In this document: in pieces, positions 10,401 to 19,752 of the stretch
Layout of the letters: each line of letters begins with the position of its first letter
Numbering within the stretch: the first letter of the stretch is position 1
NCBI GenBank assembly: GCA_965224245.1
Contig: OZ245046.1
Location: 6,240,001-6,304,000 of the forward strand
Length of the DNA stretch: 64,000 bases
Direction of reading: 5' to 3'
From: Candidatus Eiseniibacteriota bacterium
GTDB lineage: Bacteria; Eisenbacteria; RBG-16-71-46; CAZAMP01
Made by a program: the position numbers and the translations under genes
The notes under the pieces: generated by a model
What the model was told of the DNA's origin: nothing
Database searches by the model: none
Seen by the model: the letters and a program-made list of their open reading frames with translations, nothing else

Positions 10401-10472
10401 ACGTACTTCATCCGGATGGAATCAGCAGGAGGTACGGACACGCAGAGAATCGTGTTCCTCGGTGAGGGGTAG
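7455..10472 (+). CDS. Secreted double FG-GAP/VCBS-repeat protein with Cys/His linker and FlgD/T9SS-like CTD
   Basis: GDLDGDLDLDLVV repeats (147-bp period at 7686/7833/7980), a second set of GDLDGDGVxDLAVGA integrin-alpha-type repeats, and C-terminal YDVQGRLV...WEGRD...GTYFIRM. Confidence 0.88.
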   Translation: MTMFYERTMGRLERSGVAACTAVIVLALAAAEDVAVSADQVSRTATRPGNRGDCTHPLFDEEVVYPAGRGAERVATGDLDGDLDLDLVVTNSSHGDVSVLLGNGDGTFAADTRVVVGARPGGVALGDLDGDLDLDLVVTISRDDVVAVLLGNGDGTFALGTRFAVGDEPAPVALGDLDGDLDLDLVVSNRADDDVSVLLNDGNGIFAAGVRYDVGDRPNGLALGDLDGDEDLDLVVANNEDDDFSVLFNHGDGTMAPGVRFDAQKGPNGVAIGDLDGDLDLDVAIVNEDVDRISVFANDGNGVFPSAAVYGAGNEGVQVAMADFDGNGSLDLVSSNLDGDNVSMLLNNGDGTFAARVFYGTGDRPAGLAIGDLDGDFKTDVVTASNGDDSISVLLNRCEPATECGDFPCGPDDDNVLLCHVHVVPGKTAHARTLCLSPDAAAAHMRDHEGDHCGPCEASALETHQKISDTEGGFEGVLDDGDRFSAACGIGDVDGDGIPDLAVGSPFDDDGGTDRGAVWILYLNADGTVKDHRKISDTAGGFDGTLRDQDHFGFAVAPLGDLDGEGPAEWALAVGAIGLDQRNVYGRSDESVWVLFMAGDGTVLGYEEIHHPFRDASGGLDYCSDGEHGFALSSLGDLDGDGVVDLAVGSPGEGWENHGFFGAVRILFLNRDGTWKHDSWVGVQYRWICGVGGADSYMPLGVHDDFGSSVTTLGDLDGDGIVDLAVGASGDDDGGRDRGAMYVLFLNTDGTVREYQKISDTAGGFEGILDDHDTFGRTATALGDLDGDGVVDLAVGASGDDDGGDAVCDYLEPCTDRGALWLLFLNPDGTVKDHHKLSDTAGGFYGVLDDDDSFGIAPALLGDLDGDGVQDLAVGALGDDDGGVDRGAVWVLFVDRVVDGARAGVATPSGTTSTFRLSAGTPSPFRRFTTIRYEVTQPSVVELGIYDVQGRLVRTLHSGLQVGLHAVTWEGRDGLGSTIAPGTYFIRMESAGGTDTQRIVFLGEG

Positions 10473-10676
10473 GAGCGCCTTGTCTCCGGAAACTCCACGC
10501 GCCGCCCCAGGCGTCCGACTGACCAGACGTGGCCCGTGTGATGACCGAGCCGCACACTTTCCTGTTCGCATTCCGCAGGGAATCTCGCACTTCCTACAGG
10601 AGGACTCCCGACCCCGCAGATCGGATCGTGAGCGCGATTCCGGCTCCGGGGCCTCGTTCAATGGGAAGGGGCGGCC

Positions 10677-13334
10677 ATGAACACGAGAGGACATGCGTGG
10701 AGCGGCGGGATCGGGGCCGGTCCAGGGCGTCTGCTGCTGGTGATCGCGCTGTCGGGCATGTCGCTGCCTGAAGACGGCCTGGCCACGACGCCCGGGCGTG
10801 GTGGGTTCCTGGAGAACATCGGACAGCTCGACGAGCGGGTGCGTTTCAGCACATCCGCACCGGGCATGACGGTCTTCTTTACGCCGGACGAGCTCGTCAT
10901 CGACGCGCACGACCCAGCGCCGGGCGAGGGCACGGAACGGTTGCCGGAGGACCTGTCCGGCGACCTCGAGGCGTCGCTACGGATCACGACATCTGTCCGA
11001 AGCGGACACGTGATACGGGTTCGCTTCCAGGACGCGAGCCCGGCTCCCCGCGTGACGGGCCGCACGGCTCTGCCCGGCGCGTTCAACTTCTTCAAGGGCG
11101 CCGACCCGGCATCCTGGCACACGGGCGCGCGACGGTACGCCGAGATCACCTACCGCGAGATCTGGCCCGGCATCGACCTCGTCTTTCGACTGACCCCCCT
11201 GGGCCTCGAGTACGACGTACTCGTGGGCTCCGGTGCGGATCCCTCGCAGGTTCGCTTCGCGTACGAGGGAGCGGATCACGTGCAGGAGTCGGATGGCACA
11301 GCTCGGATCGAGACCTCGGTCGGGGATCTGATCCACCGGTCGGCGATCGCCGGGGATACGAGCGGTAGCATCCGTCGCGAGGACGCCGGAGACGGTAGCC
11401 CGCTCGGCGGGCACTGCGACGCGTTCTTCGACTGGATCACGCTTCTCGGTGGAACCGGTGACGACATCGGCTCGGCCATCGCGCTCGACGCATCGGGACA
11501 GCCCGTGGTGACCGGACAGACGACCTCGACCGACTTCCCCACCACGCCCGGTGCGTACGCCGGTTCGTCCGAAGGCGACTGGGACAGCTTCGTCACCAAG
11601 CTCGATGACACCGGGAGTGACCTCGTCTGGTCGACGTACATCGGCGGTGAGCTCCTCGACTGGGCCACGGCGCTGACGCTGGATGCCCTCGACGACGTCG
11701 TGATCGCGGGTCTCACGAGATCGGCCGACTACCCGACGACACCCGGTGCCTACGACACCACCGCCTCGCTCCCGGTCGATGACCTGGACACGTTCGTGAC
11801 GAAGCTCTCGAGCGGGGGAGACTCCATCCTCTGGAGTACCTATCTCGGAGGGGATGCGGATGAGGCCGCGCGGGGGGCCGGCGTGGTGATGGACGCGGCA
11901 GGCAACGTCCTGGTCTGCGGAGATACCGTTTCCGGCGATTTCCCCACCACCGCGGGGGCCCACAAGCGGGTCCACCCCGATGGAGACCGGGACGCGTACG
12001 TCACGAAGGTCGCAGCGGACGGTGCCAGCCTCGTCTGGTCGACGCTGCTCGGCGGGGACGAGGCGGCCGAGTTCATCAAGGAGATCGACCTCGATGCCGC
12101 CGGGAACCCCGTGGTCGGCGGTCTCACCCGTTCGGTGGAGTTCCCCACCACACTTGGCGTTTACGGTTCGACCTACAGCGGCGTCGGCGACGGCTTCATC
12201 ACGAAGCTCGAGGCAGACGGCTCGGACCTCGAATGGAGCACCTTCGTGGGAGGAAGCACCACAGACCAGGTGGAAGCCATCGTGATCGACCCCTCGACGG
12301 GGCATGTGATCGCGGCGATCAGAACCTACGGCGGTGACTTTCCTACGACCCCCGGCGCGTTCGATGAAGACCACAATGGCATGATCGACGTCGCCGTTCT
12401 GCAGATGAGCGCGGATGGGAGTGCGCTCGACTGGAGCACCTTTCTCGGCGGCTGGAGTGACGACTGGGTGGGGGGACTCGCGATCGGCCCCGAAGGGCAT
12501 CTGTTCGTGATCGGCGCCACGGCGTCCTGGAACTTCCCGACGACGGGCTACGCCTTCGACGGCACGTACAACGGGGCATACGATGGGTTCATCAGCATCG
12601 TTCAGAACGATGGCACCGATCTCGTCTGGAGCACGTTCATGGGTGGGGGCAGCCCAGAGGATCCGTGCTTCAGCTGGGGCTGCCCGGATTATTGGGACTG
12701 TGCACTGAACTGCGACGGCGACCCGGTGTGCCTTCCGGAACTCTGCGAGTCGCCCGGGTACCCTTATCATTGCCCGGATGGCTTCGACTGCGTTGAAGTA
12801 GCCGGTGGCTTTAGCATCTGCCAGCGGAGCTGCGAGACGCAGCCGGACGCTTACGAAGGGTTCACGGACGACTTCGGCAAGCCCGTGGTCGTGCGTGGCG
12901 ACGCGGTCTACATGGTGGGTCTCACGGGGTCAAACGATTTCCCGACCTGCCCCTCGGGAGGAATCTGGGACGCGACCCTGGAGGGTGCCCGGGACGCGGT
13001 CGTGCTCAGGATGGCGTATTCCTCCACCATAGGGGTACCCGAGCTCGTGGTGACGAGCCATCCGCGTCTGACCGCTTCCCCGAACCCGTTCCGTGGCGTC
13101 GCCACGATCAGCTACGAGCTGCCGGCGGCCGGAACGGTTCGCGTGACGGTGCACGATGTGGTCGGCCGGCTGGTCCGGATGCTCGAGGTCCCGGAGCGCC
13201 TTCCCGCCGGCACGCATCGGCTCACGTGGGACGGGCTGAACGGCTCCGGCTCGCCCGTCGTACCGGGCGTCTACTTCGTCAGACTCGAAGCCGGGGATGG
13301 GCGGCGCGCGGTACGACTCGTTCGAATCGAGTGA
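10677..13334 (+). CDS. Secreted SBBP beta-propeller repeat protein with FlgD/T9SS-like CTD
   Basis: Signal peptide, FLENIGQ...IWPGIDL...GADPSQVRFAYEG N-domain, repeats of GxTxSxDFPTTPGAY...WSTYLGG, and C-terminal PNPFRG...WDGLN...GVYFVRL. Confidence 0.88.
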   Translation: MNTRGHAWSGGIGAGPGRLLLVIALSGMSLPEDGLATTPGRGGFLENIGQLDERVRFSTSAPGMTVFFTPDELVIDAHDPAPGEGTERLPEDLSGDLEASLRITTSVRSGHVIRVRFQDASPAPRVTGRTALPGAFNFFKGADPASWHTGARRYAEITYREIWPGIDLVFRLTPLGLEYDVLVGSGADPSQVRFAYEGADHVQESDGTARIETSVGDLIHRSAIAGDTSGSIRREDAGDGSPLGGHCDAFFDWITLLGGTGDDIGSAIALDASGQPVVTGQTTSTDFPTTPGAYAGSSEGDWDSFVTKLDDTGSDLVWSTYIGGELLDWATALTLDALDDVVIAGLTRSADYPTTPGAYDTTASLPVDDLDTFVTKLSSGGDSILWSTYLGGDADEAARGAGVVMDAAGNVLVCGDTVSGDFPTTAGAHKRVHPDGDRDAYVTKVAADGASLVWSTLLGGDEAAEFIKEIDLDAAGNPVVGGLTRSVEFPTTLGVYGSTYSGVGDGFITKLEADGSDLEWSTFVGGSTTDQVEAIVIDPSTGHVIAAIRTYGGDFPTTPGAFDEDHNGMIDVAVLQMSADGSALDWSTFLGGWSDDWVGGLAIGPEGHLFVIGATASWNFPTTGYAFDGTYNGAYDGFISIVQNDGTDLVWSTFMGGGSPEDPCFSWGCPDYWDCALNCDGDPVCLPELCESPGYPYHCPDGFDCVEVAGGFSICQRSCETQPDAYEGFTDDFGKPVVVRGDAVYMVGLTGSNDFPTCPSGGIWDATLEGARDAVVLRMAYSSTIGVPELVVTSHPRLTASPNPFRGVATISYELPAAGTVRVTVHDVVGRLVRMLEVPERLPAGTHRLTWDGLNGSGSPVVPGVYFVRLEAGDGRRAVRLVRIE

Positions 13335-13374
13335 TTCGCGGGTCGGCATGGCCACTGAACGTAGCCCCTGGCCA

Positions 13375-16275
13375 TCAGAAGTCTTCCAGCATCCAGACGT
13401 CGCCCTCCGAGTGGCTCGTCGTGTACGCGATGTGCGATCCGTCCGGAGACGGGCTTGCGGCGAATCCCATCCACTCGTCGTCCGACGCCCACAAGAGCCG
13501 GGAGCTGCCATCGAGCTCGACACGTCTCATCCAGTTCGTGGCGTCACCGTGCGTACCGATCGCCACGAGCCACGTGCCATCTGCCGACCAGTACACACTT
13601 CGGGGATATCCGCGCCAGCTTCCTTCGATCTCTCGTAGCGAGCCATCGGTGAGCTCCAGCACCCACAGCTGCCCTGCGACGAGCGCCACGCGCGTGCCGT
13701 CCGGGGATAGATCCCACCAGCCAATCCCAGTCAGGCGGAGGTCCACGCGAGCGATCTCCTCCTGCACGGTGCCGTCCTCGGGATCCAACCCGTAGAAGAC
13801 GGTCGTGTCTCCTTCGATCCGCTTGAGCAGGCACGGGGCCCCGGGCTGCTTGGCGCAGAGCACCCTTTCGATGGCCTGCAGGTGGCGTGTGACGCGTTCG
13901 GTGTCGCGGAAGATCTCCGTGGCGGGACCGCCGTCGACGGGCATCCGCATTATGCGGTCGCCCTGCCAGTAGAGAACGGCGGAGCCATCGGGGGTCAGGC
14001 ACTGAACCCACTCGAGCTCCGGTGTCCTCACGATCGGCTCCTCGAGGCGCGTCTCCATGTCGGTGACGTAGATGTCGCAGTCCGCGTTCCCCATCTGGTT
14101 CATGAAGAAGAGCCGCCGCCCGTCTCTCGTCCAGGCGCCGGGGTACGCCGGCCAGTCCTGCGAGGTCCACCGTCCCGCTTCGATCCCGTCTCCGTGCTCG
14201 CTCAGCTCGAGGAGACCGGTCCGGTTGACGAGGTCCCACCGGATGAAGGACAGCCGCCGGCCGTCGGCGGAGGCCGTGAGCTGACTGAGAAGGGACCCAT
14301 CCTGCTCGAGAACTGGCTGGGGATTCCCCGTGCGATGTCCCGTCATCGGGTCGACCGACACGGACCAGAGAGCCGACGTCGTTCCCGTTCGGTTCGTCAG
14401 ACGCGCGAAGATCAGGCGGCCATCGGGAAGCCAGCACAGGCTGTTACCCTCACTTCCGCGATCGATGTTCAGGCCTCCTTCGAGGACCACCGTGGTGTCG
14501 CCACGGAGATCACAGGTCTCGATGGTCACGATGGCACCCCGTCCGGCGCTCTTGTCCGTCCGGGTATACGCGACCCGGGAAGCGCTGGGCGACCAGACGG
14601 GATTGCCGAGCGGGCCGCGAGGCACCTCCCGGATCATGCGCAGGTTCTCTCCCGAAGAGTTCATGACCCACAATGCCCTGCGATGCTCCCGGAACAGGGC
14701 GATCTTCTCGCCGTCGGGTGATGCCGCCGGCCACAACGACGTCGTGTGCTCGGACTCGTAGATCTTCCGGCTCGTGTTGAGGACGATGTTTCGCAGCCAG
14801 ATCTGCTCGCGAGAGCCGTCGACGAAGTTTCTCAAGCGCCACGGGACACCGCCCGCATACTCGTATGTCAGCAGCGTCTCGCTGTCGGGCATCCAGCCGA
14901 TGGCGTACACTTCGCCCGCGGGCCCGTCGATCACACGCATGCGCCCGGTCTCCACCGACATCACGTTGAGTGCCGACCAGTCGCCACTCATGTGTCTGAG
15001 CGGAAGCGCGAGATAGCGCCCATCCGGGGAGATCGCTACCTGCAAGAGGGACGTCTTCACATCGTCCGGGAGAACGGTGAGCCTCGTCAAACGCGGTTGC
15101 AGGGGTGCCCCGTCACTGACCCGCCACAGCCACACACCCGCCACGACGGCGAGTAACGTCAGCCCTGTGACGGACAGCGACCAGGCGACCCGATGTCGCC
15201 GGCGGCGGAGCACACGCGCCGCATCGGCCTCGCCGGACGCCCGCTGAAGCGCGTCCAGCACCTCCAGCGCCTCGGCCGCATCCAGGCGATCATCCGGCTT
15301 CTTCTCGAGACACCGTGCGATGAGGGTCTCGAGCACCGATGGGACGTCTTCACGAGCCTCGCCAACGCGCTTCTGCTTCTCGTGGACGATGTTGTAGCCC
15401 AGCGCATGATCCGAGTCGCCCTTGAAGGGCAGGCGTCCCGTGAGCATCTCATGAAGAACCACACCCAGCGCCCAGATGTCCGTCCGGTGGTCGACCTTCT
15501 CCCCTCGCATCTGCTCGGGCGACATGTAGCCGATGGTCCCGATGCGCGCCCCCGTCTTCGTGATCTCCGATCGCCCGCGGGAGCGCGCCAGGCCAAAGTC
15601 CATGATCTTCGCTGGCCCGCTCGACGAGAGCATGATGTTCGACGGCTTGAGGTCCCGGTGGACGATCCCCCTCTCGTGCGCCTGCCGGAGTCCGGCCGCG
15701 ATCTGTGCGCCGATGCTCACCGCCTCCTCGACCGACAGCGGACCGGAGGCGATGCGCTCCCGGAGGGTCGTCCCCTCGACATACGCCATCGCGATGAACG
15801 TTCGGCCTTCGGACTCGTTTATCTCGTAGATCGTGCACACGTTCGGGTGGTCGAGTGCCGCGGCGGCCCGGGCCTCGTGCACGAGTCGCGTCCTGGCTTC
15901 GTCACCTGCGGCGGACTGAGGTAGCAGGAACTTGAGAGCGACCGACCGGTGGAGCTTCGTATCCTCGGCGAGGTACACGGTGCCCATGCCCCCCTGGCCG
16001 AGCTTGCGCAGGATGCGATAGCCGCCGACGTGGCCGGTCAGCGGCGGCGACTCCGGGGACAACGGCTCGCTCTCTGGGCTCAACGCTCCGGGCGGAACGA
16101 CCGCCCCCGTCTCCATGATCGGCTGGCGAACGTCATGGTGTGCCAGCAGCGATTCCACCTCCCGTCGAAGCTCCGGATCATCCCGACATGCCTCGTCGAG
16201 GAATGGTCGTCTCGCCTCGTCGGACAGGCTCGCGGCCTCGAACAGAATGTCCTTCATCCGTTCGAAGCGATCCAC
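13375..16275 (-). CDS. Membrane Hanks-type Ser/Thr protein kinase with extracytoplasmic PD40/WD40-like propeller
   Basis: LGQGGMGTVY, VALK, HRDLKPSN, DFG and GTIGYMSPEQ motifs; TM segment after RRRRHR; SPDG repeats in the C-terminal half. Confidence 0.93.
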   Translation of the reverse strand: MDRFERMKDILFEAASLSDEARRPFLDEACRDDPELRREVESLLAHHDVRQPIMETGAVVPPGALSPESEPLSPESPPLTGHVGGYRILRKLGQGGMGTVYLAEDTKLHRSVALKFLLPQSAAGDEARTRLVHEARAAAALDHPNVCTIYEINESEGRTFIAMAYVEGTTLRERIASGPLSVEEAVSIGAQIAAGLRQAHERGIVHRDLKPSNIMLSSSGPAKIMDFGLARSRGRSEITKTGARIGTIGYMSPEQMRGEKVDHRTDIWALGVVLHEMLTGRLPFKGDSDHALGYNIVHEKQKRVGEAREDVPSVLETLIARCLEKKPDDRLDAAEALEVLDALQRASGEADAARVLRRRRHRVAWSLSVTGLTLLAVVAGVWLWRVSDGAPLQPRLTRLTVLPDDVKTSLLQVAISPDGRYLALPLRHMSGDWSALNVMSVETGRMRVIDGPAGEVYAIGWMPDSETLLTYEYAGGVPWRLRNFVDGSREQIWLRNIVLNTSRKIYESEHTTSLWPAASPDGEKIALFREHRRALWVMNSSGENLRMIREVPRGPLGNPVWSPSASRVAYTRTDKSAGRGAIVTIETCDLRGDTTVVLEGGLNIDRGSEGNSLCWLPDGRLIFARLTNRTGTTSALWSVSVDPMTGHRTGNPQPVLEQDGSLLSQLTASADGRRLSFIRWDLVNRTGLLELSEHGDGIEAGRWTSQDWPAYPGAWTRDGRRLFFMNQMGNADCDIYVTDMETRLEEPIVRTPELEWVQCLTPDGSAVLYWQGDRIMRMPVDGGPATEIFRDTERVTRHLQAIERVLCAKQPGAPCLLKRIEGDTTVFYGLDPEDGTVQEEIARVDLRLTGIGWWDLSPDGTRVALVAGQLWVLELTDGSLREIEGSWRGYPRSVYWSADGTWLVAIGTHGDATNWMRRVELDGSSRLLWASDDEWMGFAASPSPDGSHIAYTTSHSEGDVWMLEDF

Positions 16276-16277
16276 GC

Positions 16278-16862
16278 TCAGGTCTCGCTATCGGCCAGTG
16301 CACGTGTGAACCACATCTTAGCGACGCACCAGTCCTTGTTCACCGTTCGTGGAGAGACGTCGAGTACCTGGGATACCTCGGCGATCTTGAGCCCGCCGAA
16401 GACACGCAGCTCGACGACCCGGGCCATGCGCTCGTCCTTCTCCGTGAGCTGTGTGAGGACGTCCTCGAAGCGGAGAAGGTCGACGTCGTGACCGGCGGTG
16501 AGAGCAAGCTCGGGGTCGAGCGTCACACGCTTCCACCCGCCCTCACGTCTGGCCGCGGCGCGCCGGCGCGCATGATCGATGAGGAGCTGTCGCATTGCGC
16601 GCGCCGCGATGGCCAAGAACTGAGCTCGGCTCTTCCAATCGATCGCGGAGGCATCGGCCAGGCGCACGTAGGCCTCGTGGACGAGCGCGGTCGGCTGGAG
16701 GGTGTGTCCGGATCGCTCGTGGTGCATGAGTCGGGCGGCGAGGCGACGAAGCTCGGCGTACGTCGCGTCGAAGAGAAGATCCACCGCGGCACGCCGGTCG
16801 CCGCCCTCTTCCTCCATCGAGGTCAGGATCCGCGTGATGTCGGATTGAGACAGATCAGCCAC
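16278..16862 (-). CDS. ECF sigma factor, kinase-associated type (TIGR02999/ECF43-like)
   Basis: YAELRRLA...HTLQPTALVHEAY...AARAMRQLLIDHARRR...VVELRVFGGL...VSPRTV. Start taken as GTG 16862 after GGAGGA; the stop lies 2 nt before the kinase start. Confidence 0.92.
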   Translation of the reverse strand: MADLSQSDITRILTSMEEEGGDRRAAVDLLFDATYAELRRLAARLMHHERSGHTLQPTALVHEAYVRLADASAIDWKSRAQFLAIAARAMRQLLIDHARRRAAARREGGWKRVTLDPELALTAGHDVDLLRFEDVLTQLTEKDERMARVVELRVFGGLKIAEVSQVLDVSPRTVNKDWCVAKMWFTRALADSET

Positions 16863-17115
16863 GCACCGAGTCCTCCACACGACGCCCTGGTCGACGCCGG
16901 TTCGCGGGAATGCGGGCTACGGTAGGGGCGTCCGGAGCCGTCCCGGAGGAAGGCTAGACGCCCACGCTCGACTCATGCCGACAGTCCAGGATGATACCTC
17001 AGCAACCGACCGGCACCTGGATCGAACGCGCGTTCGCTCCCGTTTGGGCATGACTGGGAAGTCGACGGAGATCACCTCGCGCGGATGAGCCTGGAGGAAC
17101 GCAGCTCAGGTCGGA

Positions 17116-17316
17116 AAAGCCGGGCGAGCTGGTCGCGAAGGGCGACGTTCTCGAGCTGGAGGTAGGACCGGGAGGGGAGGGCTCCTCGGATCAGGGAAAC
17201 GATGACCGCAAGCGCCGGCGTTCCAGGCGTAGAATGGATGTGAGGGCGCTGTCGGGAAGCTGGCACGGTGGGGGCATGAGGTCAACCGCGGGAACGTGCG
17301 TGGGTTTTCGGCATGG
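17116..17316 (-). mobile_element. Left-end / N-terminal remnant of an rve transposase element
   Basis: The minus strand reads VIVSLIRGALPSRSYLQLENVALRDQLARL (family motif L.LEN.ALR.QL). 49/57 nt are identical to 42895-42951. Confidence 0.7.
17223..17235 (+). promoter_or_regulatory. Candidate sigma70 -10 element
   Basis: CCAGGCG-TAGAAT about 140 nt upstream of the esterase start; no clear -35. Confidence 0.4.
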
Positions 17317-17374
17317 ATACATCATCGCGACGCATCGGGTACCTTGCAGGCTCATGTAAGGAGGAGATGGAGAC

Positions 17375-18325
17375 ATGTTCGACCCTCGCCACCATGTTCC
17401 AGGCAATGCACTCATCTTCGCCGCCGTGCTCTTTCTTTGCTGCTCCTCGAGTGACACGGTGGTCTCCCCCGAATACCAACAGGGCAAGAATCTCTACACT
17501 ATGACGGTGGATGGGGACACGAGGGAGTACATCGTGCATGTTCCCGCCGGTTGCAACCCCCGGAGCTCGACGGCGGTCGTATTGATGCTCCATGGCGCCG
17601 GCGGGACCGGCGAAGGTACCTACAACAGCTCGGGCTGGAAGGAGCTCGGAGAGTCCGAGACCATCCTGACCGTCTTCCCCACCGCGCTCGAGTACTGCTA
17701 CACGAACTCGCAAGGCAAGACGAGAGTCGCGCCCAGGTGGCACAGCCTGAACACGGGCGTGTTCTGCGAGGGGCAGACGCTGAAAGACGACGTTGCCTTT
17801 CTTCGCCGGGTGATCGACGAGCTCGAGATGAACTTCAACATCGCCGCCAAGCGCATCTACATGGTGGGCTTCTCGAGTGGCGGGCAGATGGTTTCTCGCT
17901 GTGCGCTGGAGATGAGTGACTTGCTTGCGGCCGTCGTGCAGTCCGGTGGCGCAGCCATCCCCGACACGAGCGAACCGCTGGAGCGATTGCCGATCGCGTT
18001 CGAAGCAGGATCCGTGGATACCAGGTGGGTTGGTGAAGGCAACGAAGTGCCGATGGCGGACTTCGAGACCGCGATGTCCGTTGGTCCGTTCTTCGAAGTA
18101 GTCAGCGACCACGTCAGGGCGTTCGGTTTCGAGCAAACCTATACCGTGAGCGGCGATTCGACCATGGCCCTGACCGCCACGTTCCCAGGCGTGTCGGGGG
18201 CCAGCCGCGAGTTCACCTTCACGTTGATCAAGGGGCTCGATCACAGCTATCCGAACACCGTCAACCACCCGCGCTATGGCGCCGAGGAGAACTGGGGCTG
18301 GCTGAAGCGGTTCAGCCGCCGATGA
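17375..18325 (+). CDS. Alpha/beta-hydrolase esterase (PHB depolymerase/LpqC-like), possible lipoprotein
   Basis: AAGGAGG RBS; LFLCC lipobox-like; REYIVHVP, LHGAGG, DDVAFL, nucleophile GFSSG, C-terminal GLDHSYP. Confidence 0.85.
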   Translation: MFDPRHHVPGNALIFAAVLFLCCSSSDTVVSPEYQQGKNLYTMTVDGDTREYIVHVPAGCNPRSSTAVVLMLHGAGGTGEGTYNSSGWKELGESETILTVFPTALEYCYTNSQGKTRVAPRWHSLNTGVFCEGQTLKDDVAFLRRVIDELEMNFNIAAKRIYMVGFSSGGQMVSRCALEMSDLLAAVVQSGGAAIPDTSEPLERLPIAFEAGSVDTRWVGEGNEVPMADFETAMSVGPFFEVVSDHVRAFGFEQTYTVSGDSTMALTATFPGVSGASREFTFTLIKGLDHSYPNTVNHPRYGAEENWGWLKRFSRR

Positions 18326-18367
18326 CGACCTGAGTCGAAGGTCAATCCTCCCTGTTCGGGGTCAGAT

Positions 18368-18475
18368 CCCGTGGCGTCCGAGAACAGGTGCGCCGCGAAG
18401 AGGCGGCGAGGTCCAGCGCGTGCTGTCAGAAATGCGATCGCATCGCCAGATTGAAGCTTACGAGCCTCGTGCCGG
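18368..18475 (+). mobile_element. Decayed element-terminus-like sequences
   Basis: CCCGTGGCGTCCGAGAA (18368) and CTGTCAGAAATGCG...CTTACGAGCCTCG (18423-18469) align with 22880-22933. Confidence 0.5.
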
Positions 18476-18555
18476 ACTCCTCGCGTGAGCGAAGTCGTCC
18501 TTTCGAGTTTCTTGCACTGCGCGTGCCTCGTACGGAATAGGCGCTCCGGACCGGG

Positions 18556-19020
18556 TCAGGGATACACGTCGTCCGCATCGTCGAGCCGGCCTGCGATCCA
18601 CGCGAGGACCGTCGATCGCTCGTCGTCATCCAGCACGGCGTCACGATGGACGAGCGTGTAGCTGCGAAGTGGCATGTGACCGGCCGTGATCTGCTCCTTC
18701 ATCGTCCGAAGCAGGAGCCCCTCGATCTCGAGATCGAGCGATGGCCAGTCGGAGAAGTTCAGATCGCGCCGCCCGCGATGGACGTGCCGGGACAGCCACC
18801 AGGACGCAGGCGCCACGTACCCGTACCAGGGCCAGCGTGTCCGGTACGAGTGACAGTCGTAACACGACGTGGTCAGGATCGTGGCCACGGGCTCGGGAGC
18901 CCAGAGTTCGGAATGCGTCTCCGGGGTCGACCGGTCGACCGGCACGAGCTGGATGGCGGCCAGGAGCACCCCGGACGCGATGACGGCCCATCGTGCCCGG
19001 CCCCGGACGAGGCTCGCCAT
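18556..19020 (-). CDS. Haem-binding domain protein (monoheme c-type)
   Basis: LAAIQLVPVDR, SCYDCHS, WPWY..VAP.SW, LNFS.W, MPLRSY..H. Confidence 0.88.
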   Translation of the reverse strand: MASLVRGRARWAVIASGVLLAAIQLVPVDRSTPETHSELWAPEPVATILTTSCYDCHSYRTRWPWYGYVAPASWWLSRHVHRGRRDLNFSDWPSLDLEIEGLLLRTMKEQITAGHMPLRSYTLVHRDAVLDDDERSTVLAWIAGRLDDADDVYP

Positions 19021-19023
19021 GCG

Positions 19024-19752
19024 CTACTGACCGAGCTCCTGGAGCATCCGCTGCGCCCGCCGGTTCTCCGGGTCGAGCTGGAGCGCCTTCTGGACGTTGG
19101 CGCGCGCGGCGTCCGGGTCCTCGGCTGCAAGGTCGAGACGGGCCAGCATGAGATAGCTGTCCGCGTGATCGGGGATCATCTCGAGGTTCAGCTGCAGCAT
19201 GCGTCGGGCGCCGTCGGCATCGTCGTGGTCGCGCGCCAGGGCATCGGCCACGCCGGGGAGCGTGAGGGGACCGAAGTCGTAGGACCCGGAGCCGTAGTAC
19301 TCCTCACGAAGCTCGCGATAGCGCGCCACGCCGGCGTCGACTCCCTCGTCGGCGATGACGTGGAGCAGGAGGTCCCCGAGCTGCTCCGGCGTCTGGACAC
19401 CGCGGTGACAGGTGATGCACCGGACCGCGAAGTCGTGCTCGCCCGTGGCGGTGGGTAGCAGCGTCTGGTTGATCTCGGACACCATGCGCATCATGCCTCG
19501 CGCCACCTCCTTGCGCGGCTTGGCGTCACTGGCCCAGTCCGTGCTCTCGAAATCGCCGGGGACCTTCTGCTCGTGACAGCCATCGCACCGCAGGCCGAGC
19601 GCCGCCGAGAACGACCGCATGGTCCCGATGAGCTCCTGCTTCCCGATGTCCTTGGGGAGCACCTGAAGGTTCTCGAACGTGTCGGGGATCTGAGCGGAGG
19701 ACACGGTTGCTTGCAGGCCGAGGACCGCGAGCACGAGCATGAAACGTTTCAT
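19024..19752 (-). CDS. Exported diheme c-type cytochrome with C-terminal TPR
   Basis: GGAGAGG RBS before ATG 19752; signal peptide; NLQVLP, CDGCH, ARGMMRM, CITCHRG; TPR-like KALQLDPEN. Confidence 0.85.
   Translation of the reverse strand: MKRFMLVLAVLGLQATVSSAQIPDTFENLQVLPKDIGKQELIGTMRSFSAALGLRCDGCHEQKVPGDFESTDWASDAKPRKEVARGMMRMVSEINQTLLPTATGEHDFAVRCITCHRGVQTPEQLGDLLLHVIADEGVDAGVARYRELREEYYGSGSYDFGPLTLPGVADALARDHDDADGARRMLQLNLEMIPDHADSYLMLARLDLAAEDPDAARANVQKALQLDPENRRAQRMLQELGQ

Noticed and set aside
19024-19752. Phototrophy inferred from a reaction-centre-cytochrome-like domain
   Set aside because: Only two hemes and no puf/bch genes; such domains occur in non-phototrophs.
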